Shown here: positions 8,265-15,731 of the stretch, one piece after another
How the letters are laid out: every line of letters begins with the position of its first letter
Numbering within the stretch: position 1 is the first letter of the stretch
IMG/VR virus record: IMGVR_UViG_3300042243_000008
Coordinates: 1 to 25,608 of that record
Direction: 5' to 3' (one strand)
Source of the DNA: a virus
Lineage: Duplodnaviria; Caudoviricetes
Length of the DNA: 25,608 nucleotides
Position numbers and translations under genes: made by a program
The notes under the pieces: generated by a model
What the model was told of the DNA's origin: nothing
Databases searched by the model: none
The model's input: the letters and a program-made list of their open reading frames with translations, nothing else

Positions 8265-8662
8265 TCGGCCTCGTCGACCTGCTCGATGAACATGGCGACG
8301 AGATTGAGGCCGATCTGCAGTCTGAGTACCGGATCGACTTGTGCGACTTCTATCGCGGTGAACTCTCGGCTCGGCGGCTCGGCGTGCTGGTTCGACAATT
8401 GCCGGTGACGAGTCGCGCGGTGGAGGCGATCGACGGGCGTCCTGGGTGGACACCAACTGATCACCTGCTCGCCGATCTGTGGTCACTTATCGCGCGGGCG
8501 TACTCCGAGAAGGGTTCCCTGCCAGAGGATTTCGATCACCCGACGCGGGCGGAGATGATCGTCAAGGCCATTGCCGCCGCCAAAGCCGAACTCAAAGCGT
8601 TCTACCTGAAGCGGAAACGGGCCTACCGGCTTCCAGTCCAGTCGGGCAGGTCGGGGCAGTAG
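8255..8662 (+). CDS. Tail assembly chaperone GT extension (translated as 7962..8662 via -1 frameshift)
   Basis: GKLIGLVDLLDEHGDEIEADLQSEYRIDLCDFYRGELSARRLGVLVRQLP...WTPTDHLLADLW resembles the actinophage T segment; no independent RBS seen. Confidence 0.85.
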   Translation, partial: GKLIGLVDLLDEHGDEIEADLQSEYRIDLCDFYRGELSARRLGVLVRQLPVTSRAVEAIDGRPGWTPTDHLLADLWSLIARAYSEKGSLPEDFDHPTRAEMIVKAIAAAKAELKAFYLKRKRAYRLPVQSGRSGQ

Positions 8663-9066
8663 TTCACGATCTGTGCCTGGACGCCGTGCGTGGCGAGCGC
8701 CGACGCGATCATGGCCAAGTCGCGATTATGGTCAGAGAAGGCCAGCCAACTATTGGCGTAGCCGGCCAGCATCTGGTAGTTGCTGCTGATCTGTCCGGCG
8801 GCACATGCCGCGCCACGCGTTGACTCTGAATCCGGGCCGGGCAGAACGACCTGGAACGCGACGCCTTGAAGATCGCAGTGCACAGCGCCCCCGCTAACCC
8901 CGCCCGCTGCCGCGATCGAGACCGGGTGAGTGAGCGGGACATTCGAGCATGATCCGCCAGCTGCGGTGATCGCGTCGATCACCTCACCGGAACCGGTTGG
9001 CGACGCGTGAGCAGGCGAGGCAACGGCAGCAATCACGGTGGCAGCAGCCACTAGAGCGAGCTTCAT
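8623..9066 (-). CDS. Antisense secreted protein (147 aa, Sec signal peptide, 4 Cys); putative moron
   Basis: MKLALVAAATVIAAVASPAHA|S signal peptide with an AxA site; fills the gap between GT and the tape measure gene; has its own promoter. Confidence 0.8.
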   Translation of the reverse strand: MKLALVAAATVIAAVASPAHASPTGSGEVIDAITAAGGSCSNVPLTHPVSIAAAGGVSGGAVHCDLQGVAFQVVLPGPDSESTRGAACAAGQISSNYQMLAGYANSWLAFSDHNRDLAMIASALATHGVQAQIVNYCPDLPDWTGSR

Positions 9067-9073
9067 TCGTCGA

Positions 9074-9082
9074 AATCTAACA
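9074..9082 (-). promoter_or_regulatory. Extended -10 promoter (TGT-TAGATT) for a leaderless antisense transcript
   Basis: Minus strand reads ctgTTAGATTtcgacgaATG: TGN-TANNNT with 7 nt to the ATG at 9066, and no SD. Confidence 0.65.
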
Positions 9083-9100
9083 GCCCAGGAGGTGAGCGAG

Positions 9101-11800
9101 TTGACGACCATCGGTTACGCAACGTTGCAGATCATTCCCTCCCTCAAGGGTGTTTCGGATGCGATCGAGAAGCAGATCGAGGGCAAGGTCGTCGAGGTCG
9201 CGATCGCGCCGAGGGTTGATCAGCGGGCGACGGACCAGGCCGGCAAGCAGGCGCGTGAAGGTGTGGAGAAGCACACCCGCGAGGTCACCGTTGAGCCGAA
9301 GGTCGACCAGCGCGCCGCCGAGCAGGCCGGCCGTAAGACCCGCGAGACCGTCGAGAAGCACACCAAGAGCGTCACCGTTGAGCCGAAAGTCAACGACGCG
9401 TCCGCGCGCAAGGCCGGGAAGACTGTCGGGGACCGCATCTCCGGTGCCATCGTTCCGGCAGTCGAAGGCGCCATTAGTGGCGCAGACCTCGGTGGGGCGA
9501 TCTCCAAGAAGATGGAGGCGACCTGGGGATCGGTCGGCTCTGAGCTGGGTACGAAGGTCGTCAAGCCGGTTTTCGACGAGTTACTGGAGCCGGCACTGAA
9601 AGACGTTGCGGGCAAGATCACGACCGCGGCGAGCACGAAAGCTGTTGATCTGCTGGGCGCTGCGTGGCAGAAGACCGCCGAGAAGATCAAGGACGCCGGC
9701 CGCAAGATCAACTCGGCGGTGCGCCGGGATGATGCGCCGAGCTCGTCGAGCGGCGGCGGCCAGGCCGCGCAGGCCCCGGCATCGGCCGGTAAGGCGAAGG
9801 CCGGACCGTCGGCGGCGGTCAAGAATGCCGGCGTCGTTGTGGGGAACGCGTTCGCGCCGATTGTGGCCGGCGCTCTGGATTCAGCGCTGGCCGAGCTGGA
9901 CTTGGGGCCGAAGATCGCGGCGAAGCTGGGTCCGGTCGGTCCGGTGGCCGAGAAGATGTTCGACACACTGACCGCGAGTGTGGCCGAGTTCGCGGCGAAT
10001 CAGACGAAGGCGTTGGCGTCGGTTGCCGTGGAGGGGTTGGCTACCGCCTGGAATTCGGTGGCGGCGTCGACCCTTCGGGCGAAGGTTGCGTCGGCTGCTG
10101 CCGCGGTGGCGCAGGGCGCGCAGATGGCGGCGACGAAGGCCGCGGCGGCAGCGCAATGGCTGTGGAACGCGGCGCTGACAGCGAACCCGATCGGACTGGT
10201 TGTCACTGCGATCGCCGCGGTCGTCGCCGGCCTGGTGTTGTTCTTCACGAAAACCGAACTGGGCCGCAAGATCTGGGCTGGGTTCACCGAGTACCTGAAG
10301 GTCGCCTGGGAGGCGATCAAGACTGCGTTCAGCGCGGCGTGGGAAGCGATCTCGAAGATCTGGGACGGAATGGTCACCAAGGCCGGCCAGGTGTGGGAAG
10401 GCATCAAGTCGAAGTTCACCGCGGTCGTCGATTTCGTCAAGGGGCTGCCGTCTGCGATCAGCTCGGCGGCCAGCGGAATGTGGGACGGCATCTCGAACGC
10501 GTTCAAGTCGATGGTCGACCGGATGAAGGGATGGTGGAACGACTTCGCCTCGGCGTTGAGCTTCACGACTCCGGACTGGCTTCCGGGTGACCCGGTGACG
10601 TTCTCGCTGCCGAAGTTCGACCTCGGCGGCTACACGGGGAACGTCCCTGCCGACCGGATCGCTGGGGTGGTGCACGGCGACGAGTTCGTGGTGCGCGCGG
10701 ATTCGCGGCGCCGGATCGAGAACGCGCTCCCCGGGCTGCTGGACTACCTGAACAACAACGGGAAGCTGCCGCTGCCCGGCTATCAGGGCGGCGGCCGGGT
10801 GCAGCTCGGCAACATCAGCGGCCCGGGTATCACGACCGGTGAGCAGCAGTCCATGTGGGATGCGGTCCGCTCGAAGTTCCCCGACGCGATCCTCTCCAGC
10901 GCAACCCGCACGGTCCAGACCGAAGGCCACCCCGACTACCACAACGCCGGCCGGGCAATCGATATCAGCGGGCCGGGTATGGGGGCGATCGCGTCGTGGA
11001 TCGCCTCGACCTTCCCCGACAGCCTCGAGCTGATTCACTCCCCGTTCGGGCACAACATCAAGAACGGCAAGAACGTCGGCGACGGTGTCGGCTTCTACGG
11101 CGGCGGGCTGATGGCCGCGCACGCCAACCATGTGCATTGGGCTCTGGGGCATGCGGCGAAGGTGTCGCAGCCCAATCCCGCGGATGCGGCACCGGCGGCC
11201 AGTGCCGAGTCTGACAGCGCCGCGGGGGCGTCGAGCTCGTCGGGGATGTTGTCGGCGTTGGGCGTCGGAACCACGGGCACGTCGGTGGATTCGAGCAGCG
11301 GATCGTCCACCAACCTCAGCGCGCCCGGATCGCTGTCGGGGATCGGGACGTGGGCGGGCCAGCAGGCAGGCACTCAAATCGGCGGGGCCGTCAAGAATTC
11401 GATGGGCGGTCAGCTACCCAAGCAGGCGGAGACCGCGGTCGGCGGGCTCGGCGACCTGGGCTCTGCGGCCGGCCAGTTCGTCGACGGACAGGTCGGGTCA
11501 GCGCTGGAGGCGTTCGGGATCAACGGGTCGCCGGGCTGGCTGAAAGGACTGTCGACGATCGTCGGCGGCATCTCGATCGGCGGCGGGGGTGGTGCTTCTT
11601 CGGTGGCCCCGGTCGCGTCGGCGGTGAACTCCGCTACCCCCGCGGCGGCCTCGGCGATCGGCAGCGTGCACGGCGGCGGCGGCGGAAAGCCCGGCCCCAC
11701 GTTCAACACGACGATCACCGCAGGCGACACCGAGCAGGCATTCGTGCGGTGGCAGCGCTGGCAGAACGAGCGGGCCTCGGCGAACCTGGGCCGGTACTGA
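9101..11800 (+). CDS. Tape measure protein (899 aa) with an embedded putative Zn-peptidase motif
   Basis: RBS AGGAGGTG before TTG 9101. MTTIGYATLQIIPSLKG start, Ala-rich helices, AAQWLWNAALTANPIG, Trp/Phe-periodic repeats, GVVHGDEFVV. Confidence 0.93.
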   Translation: MTTIGYATLQIIPSLKGVSDAIEKQIEGKVVEVAIAPRVDQRATDQAGKQAREGVEKHTREVTVEPKVDQRAAEQAGRKTRETVEKHTKSVTVEPKVNDASARKAGKTVGDRISGAIVPAVEGAISGADLGGAISKKMEATWGSVGSELGTKVVKPVFDELLEPALKDVAGKITTAASTKAVDLLGAAWQKTAEKIKDAGRKINSAVRRDDAPSSSSGGGQAAQAPASAGKAKAGPSAAVKNAGVVVGNAFAPIVAGALDSALAELDLGPKIAAKLGPVGPVAEKMFDTLTASVAEFAANQTKALASVAVEGLATAWNSVAASTLRAKVASAAAAVAQGAQMAATKAAAAAQWLWNAALTANPIGLVVTAIAAVVAGLVLFFTKTELGRKIWAGFTEYLKVAWEAIKTAFSAAWEAISKIWDGMVTKAGQVWEGIKSKFTAVVDFVKGLPSAISSAASGMWDGISNAFKSMVDRMKGWWNDFASALSFTTPDWLPGDPVTFSLPKFDLGGYTGNVPADRIAGVVHGDEFVVRADSRRRIENALPGLLDYLNNNGKLPLPGYQGGGRVQLGNISGPGITTGEQQSMWDAVRSKFPDAILSSATRTVQTEGHPDYHNAGRAIDISGPGMGAIASWIASTFPDSLELIHSPFGHNIKNGKNVGDGVGFYGGGLMAAHANHVHWALGHAAKVSQPNPADAAPAASAESDSAAGASSSSGMLSALGVGTTGTSVDSSSGSSTNLSAPGSLSGIGTWAGQQAGTQIGGAVKNSMGGQLPKQAETAVGGLGDLGSAAGQFVDGQVGSALEAFGINGSPGWLKGLSTIVGGISIGGGGGASSVAPVASAVNSATPAAASAIGSVHGGGGGKPGPTFNTTITAGDTEQAFVRWQRWQNERASANLGRY
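9190..9425 (+). repeat. 87-bp (29 aa) tandem repeat, about 2.7 copies, in the tape measure N-terminus
   Basis: gagaagcacacc at 9266 and 9353; protein unit V..EPKVDQRA..QAG.K.RE.VEKHT. Confidence 0.8.
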
Positions 11801-11801
11801 C

Positions 11802-13301
11802 ATGGCAGTCGCCACAATCACATTGGAGTCGCTGGTCAACGGTGAGGTCGTTGACAGCGTTGTGGTGTCCGCACCTGATGACGACTTCATCGACGGCGAC
11901 ATCATCCTCGACACCAACCCTGACGGCGTCTACGACACCGGTTTCACGCTGCGCACCCAGTCCGGTGCGTTCGAGAACGGCGGCCGGGTCGTCGGCGAAT
12001 CCGTTCCGATCCGCCAGATGACGTTGCCGTTCTGGTTGACGCCGGCGACCAGGCCGCGGTTCCAACGCTTATGGGGGACACCGCGGAACCTGCGGAAGGT
12101 CCGCTGGGTTTACGACGGCCCATCAGGTCGGCGCACGCTGATCATCCGTCTGGCCAAGGAGATCCTGTACACCACCGAGGACGGTGCTGACGCCGATATC
12201 GACGGCGTCTACCACGCTGTCGTGTCCGCGGTCGCGGTCAATCCGATGTACGAGGGCATCGAGGATGTGCAGGAGTGGGTCAACTCGACCGCCCAGTTCG
12301 ATGTGACCATCCAGGCCGACGGCGGAGATTTTGCGCTCAGCTTCGGCGGGCAGACCACCAGCAGCCATTTCGCGGTCTTGGTGGCTGCGGTCGGTGGAAC
12401 CTTCACCCTGACATTCCGGGGCCAGACCACTTCGGCGATCCCGTGGAACGCAAGCGCCACAACGGTTCAGGCCGCGCTGGCGGCGCTGAGCACAGTCGGC
12501 GCGGGGAACGTCACCGTGACCGGTGTGGCGGCAACCGCCCTGTCAGCCGGCAAGTACCGGGTCGCGTTTGCCAATGTGCCCGCCGGATCTCTCACTGGAT
12601 CCGCATCCAGCCTGACGGGCCTGGGGCACAGGGTGGAGATCAGCACCGGAATCCCTTGGGACGTGAGTGCCGCGTCACTTCAGGCCGCGCTGGCGGCGCT
12701 GAGCACAGTCGGCGCGGGGAACGTCACCGTGACCGGCGCCCCGGCGACGGCAAGGACCGCCGGCCACTACCGGGTGTCGTTCTCTCCCGGTGTCAGTGGC
12801 TCGCTGACCGGAAACCGCGGGAGCCTGACGGCTAACGGCTTCTGGGGTGACATCGGCCTCTCCCATGGTGAGGTCACGGTCGGCTATGCGGCGGCGGGCA
12901 CGGCCTGGTTCGCGGTGTGGAACCCGACCGATCAGCCGCAGTGGCTGGAGTGGACGTTTGACCCGGCGCAGTGGCAGTTCCCCGACTTCGGGTTCGGCCA
13001 GGAGCGGTTGTGGAATCGGGCGGTCGGGCAGGACGCGGCGCGGATGATCGTCACCCCTGTGCTGACCCAGAAGCTCAGCGTGATGTCGGACCCGTTCATG
13101 GACACCTACGTTTCGGCCGACTTGTCGAACGCGGCCGGCCTGTTCAACGGTGTTGAGCCGATCTATGCGGTCCCGCCGTACACAGGCACTGAGGACGGCC
13201 CGATCCTGGTGCCGGTCATCTGCACCGGGCCGGCCGGCGCGAAGTGCACTCTGCGGCAACGCCGTTTCTGGTCGGCCGAGTCGGGGCTGGAAGCGGAATG
13301 A
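11802..13301 (+). CDS. Minor tail protein (distal tail, Dit-like) with inserted duplicated domain
   Basis: First gene after the tape measure. RQMTLPF...RTLIIRL, VWNPTDQPQWLEW, C-terminal LRQRRFWSAESGLE. Confidence 0.85.
   Translation: MAVATITLESLVNGEVVDSVVVSAPDDDFIDGDIILDTNPDGVYDTGFTLRTQSGAFENGGRVVGESVPIRQMTLPFWLTPATRPRFQRLWGTPRNLRKVRWVYDGPSGRRTLIIRLAKEILYTTEDGADADIDGVYHAVVSAVAVNPMYEGIEDVQEWVNSTAQFDVTIQADGGDFALSFGGQTTSSHFAVLVAAVGGTFTLTFRGQTTSAIPWNASATTVQAALAALSTVGAGNVTVTGVAATALSAGKYRVAFANVPAGSLTGSASSLTGLGHRVEISTGIPWDVSAASLQAALAALSTVGAGNVTVTGAPATARTAGHYRVSFSPGVSGSLTGNRGSLTANGFWGDIGLSHGEVTVGYAAAGTAWFAVWNPTDQPQWLEWTFDPAQWQFPDFGFGQERLWNRAVGQDAARMIVTPVLTQKLSVMSDPFMDTYVSADLSNAAGLFNGVEPIYAVPPYTGTEDGPILVPVICTGPAGAKCTLRQRRFWSAESGLEAE
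12466..12736 (+). repeat. Exact 58-bp direct repeat (12466-12523 and 12679-12736)
   Basis: ttcaggccgcgctggcggcgctgagcacagtcggcgcggggaacgtcaccgtgaccgg occurs twice, 213 bp apart and in frame. Confidence 0.95.
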
Positions 13302-13516
13302 GCATCGCCGACGGCGAACCGCCGACCGAATATCAGACGCCCGGCCAGTTGACCCTGCCCATCGCCGCAGGGTCGTCGACGACCGGACTGTGGTGCGACA
13401 CATGCTCACTTCCGAGCCGATGCGACATCCCCATCTACGCACTGGGCGCTGACGGACCAAGCCTGATCGGCATACAGAGCATCTGCACCAATGCCAGTAC
13501 GGGCGGGCATCACTGA
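13298..13516 (+). CDS. Small (72 aa) Cys/His-containing hypothetical protein
   Basis: ATGA overlap upstream and TGATG overlap downstream; WCDTC, two more Cys, terminal HH. Confidence 0.65.
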   Translation: MSIADGEPPTEYQTPGQLTLPIAAGSSTTGLWCDTCSLPSRCDIPIYALGADGPSLIGIQSICTNASTGGHH

Positions 13517-15264
13517 TGACGGTCGCGACGTTCGCTGAGCCGTTCACCGGCACCGACCACGACGACTTCGCGCAGTGGGCGCGGGAGATCCGCGAGTACC
13601 GCATCGAACGGGCCTACGACCGTCCTGGCGTCAAGCTCTACGACGGCGACTGGATATACCGCGGCACCGTCCACGGCGAGCTCTCCGGACACCTGAACCC
13701 GCTGGTGAACGAGACCGGGACGATCCAGCTGCGGCTGCCGATCGACCTGGATGACCGGCGCGGCACCTGGGCGGCGTTCTGGGCCCTCGACGAAGAGGCC
13801 CGCGGAACCTCCAACATCCACATCATCGTCGAGACGATGGGCGCCCGCATCGGCGGCCGCATGAAGAGCCAGAACGGTGTCACCGTCGTCCGCGGTGAGC
13901 ACGGCGACGAAGTCATCATCGACTTCCTCGACGACATCGAAGAACTGAAACACGTTCACACGGCAGCGAATCCATTCCTGCCGATGGCGCTGATACAGCA
14001 GCCCAAGGTGTGGATGCTCCTGGCCAAGGCCGATCACGGCATCAAGCTCACGATGGCGGTCAACCTGCTTCGCCTGCAGGTCACCAACATCGACCTGTCG
14101 GTGATCACCGACCTGCTCGACCCGGACCAGTGGCCGGTCAACCCGCTGGACTTGTGGGCCGATTCCCAGATCGTCGTGGTTCCGCGGAAGCTGACCGATT
14201 CGGTTGCCCCGTCGGCGTTGGTCGTGGGGTCGATCCGCACGTCGATCTTCGACGTCGCCGCGCCGATCCTTGAAGACGCCGAGCTGCAGTGGTGGACGCG
14301 GCGCTGGTTCAAAGGCGATCCCGAGCCGTGGCCCGGCGCCGGGACGGACTGGCGCGACGGCACCCTGTTCGTCGACATCATCGACAAGTCGGGATTCCGG
14401 CAGGGCACGGCGATCGGCGGGAACCTGTTCACCGGTTTCACCCGGTCGATCGCGTCGTTGGTGTCCAACCATGTCGAGGACTCCTACGACCTGTTCACCG
14501 GGGAGACGATCGACGAGACCGGCTATCGGCTGCCCGGCAAGCTCGGCACGCTGGCGCCGCACCCCTACGTCGTCTACCGCGACGGCGACATCACCGGGAT
14601 TCAGACCTCGGAGTTCTCCCGCTCCCCGGGCGGTCCTGGACGGATCACCGTCGGTGGCCGGTCAATGCCCGGCGTCAACGAATTGATCTCCGGGGCAATC
14701 AACTACGGCGGGGACGTACTGGGTGACAACCTGTCGATCGTCATCTCCCAGTTCGCCGGCTTCTCCTTCTCGATCGGGTCACTCGGTGGCGGCATCGACG
14801 CATTTCTGAACCCGATCTACCGCGATTCGATCCTGGCCTACATGTCAGTTCCGTTGTTGGCGCGGACCGAGAAACAGGGCTGGGGCCACTACCTGGAGAC
14901 GACGTCGACGAACGTCACGCAGGCCTACACCGCCGCCTCGACGATGGACATGCGTGCCCGCCGCCGCGCAACTGACCCGGACACGGCGTTCACCCTGAAG
15001 GTGGCCAACGCGGCCCCATACCTGATCGGGGACAACGGGTTTGGGCATTGGTGGCTCGGTGACCGGGTTGGCGGCACGCAGAAGTATCTGATGCCGAGGG
15101 TGTTCGTGCGGCGCTGCCTGAGCCTGGACATCTCTTGGGACGTCAACGGTTTGGCGATCGAGGGGCAGTTCGGTACGACACGCAGCAAGAAGGACGGGTT
15201 TGAACGCATGACGGAGCTGATCGCCAAGGCGATGGGCGGCCTGCAGGAGATCGGGCTGTGGTGA
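13516..15264 (+). CDS. Minor tail protein (baseplate hub, Gp37-like)
   Basis: VKLYDGDWIYRG, NETGTIQLRLP, NPFLP, GDPEPWPGA, RDGTLFVDIIDKSG, PYLIGDNGFGHWWLGDRVG. Confidence 0.9.
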   Translation: MTVATFAEPFTGTDHDDFAQWAREIREYRIERAYDRPGVKLYDGDWIYRGTVHGELSGHLNPLVNETGTIQLRLPIDLDDRRGTWAAFWALDEEARGTSNIHIIVETMGARIGGRMKSQNGVTVVRGEHGDEVIIDFLDDIEELKHVHTAANPFLPMALIQQPKVWMLLAKADHGIKLTMAVNLLRLQVTNIDLSVITDLLDPDQWPVNPLDLWADSQIVVVPRKLTDSVAPSALVVGSIRTSIFDVAAPILEDAELQWWTRRWFKGDPEPWPGAGTDWRDGTLFVDIIDKSGFRQGTAIGGNLFTGFTRSIASLVSNHVEDSYDLFTGETIDETGYRLPGKLGTLAPHPYVVYRDGDITGIQTSEFSRSPGGPGRITVGGRSMPGVNELISGAINYGGDVLGDNLSIVISQFAGFSFSIGSLGGGIDAFLNPIYRDSILAYMSVPLLARTEKQGWGHYLETTSTNVTQAYTAASTMDMRARRRATDPDTAFTLKVANAAPYLIGDNGFGHWWLGDRVGGTQKYLMPRVFVRRCLSLDISWDVNGLAIEGQFGTTRSKKDGFERMTELIAKAMGGLQEIGLW

Positions 15265-15731
15265 CCGAACCCGAGAAGGCCGCCGAGCCGCAGCCAGCCG
15301 AAGCCGACACCCCCCAGAAGTTGACCCCCGAGTCGGCCAACACCATCGCCGACCAGGTCATCGCCGACGTCACAATCCCGAAGAAGGTCCCCGCGGTCGA
15401 CGACATCGACGGCCAGACCAAAGCCCTCGGCGGTGCGCTGGCCTCCGCGCTGCTCACCGCAACCGAGGTCCCGATGACCACCCTTCAGCCGGTCGTCGGC
15501 GCGCTCGCCTCACAACTCGTCGCGCTCGGCATCCGCCAGACCGAGCACGTCGACCCCACGGCGATCCACGCGCCAGCCTGGATCACCGACGGGGTGCGTC
15601 AGCAGTCCGTTGTCGTGCCGCCGCCGCCCGACCACACCGACGGGGAACCGTTCACCGCGCGGACCGCGGTCGCCCCGGAGCCGCCGAAGCGGATCCCCAA
15701 GCATGCCCGCGCGGTACGGGTGGCCAGGTGA
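15261..15731 (+). CDS. Minor tail-associated hypothetical protein
   Basis: GTGA overlaps at both ends; LASQLVALGIRQT; conserved position after the hub gene. Confidence 0.7.
   Translation: MTEPEKAAEPQPAEADTPQKLTPESANTIADQVIADVTIPKKVPAVDDIDGQTKALGGALASALLTATEVPMTTLQPVVGALASQLVALGIRQTEHVDPTAIHAPAWITDGVRQQSVVVPPPPDHTDGEPFTARTAVAPEPPKRIPKHARAVRVAR

Noticed and set aside
9038-9111. Track starts at 9038 (tape measure, +) and 9111 (antisense gene, -)
   Set aside because: The RBS supports TTG 9101, and the signal peptide plus promoter support ATG 9066; the longer versions would overlap each other.
12466-12736. Exact repeat pairs (also 17447-17766) as DGR template/variable repeats or CRISPR repeats
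   Set aside because: Only two copies each, in frame within coding repeats, with no adenine-specific mismatches and no reverse transcriptase or cas genes in the window.
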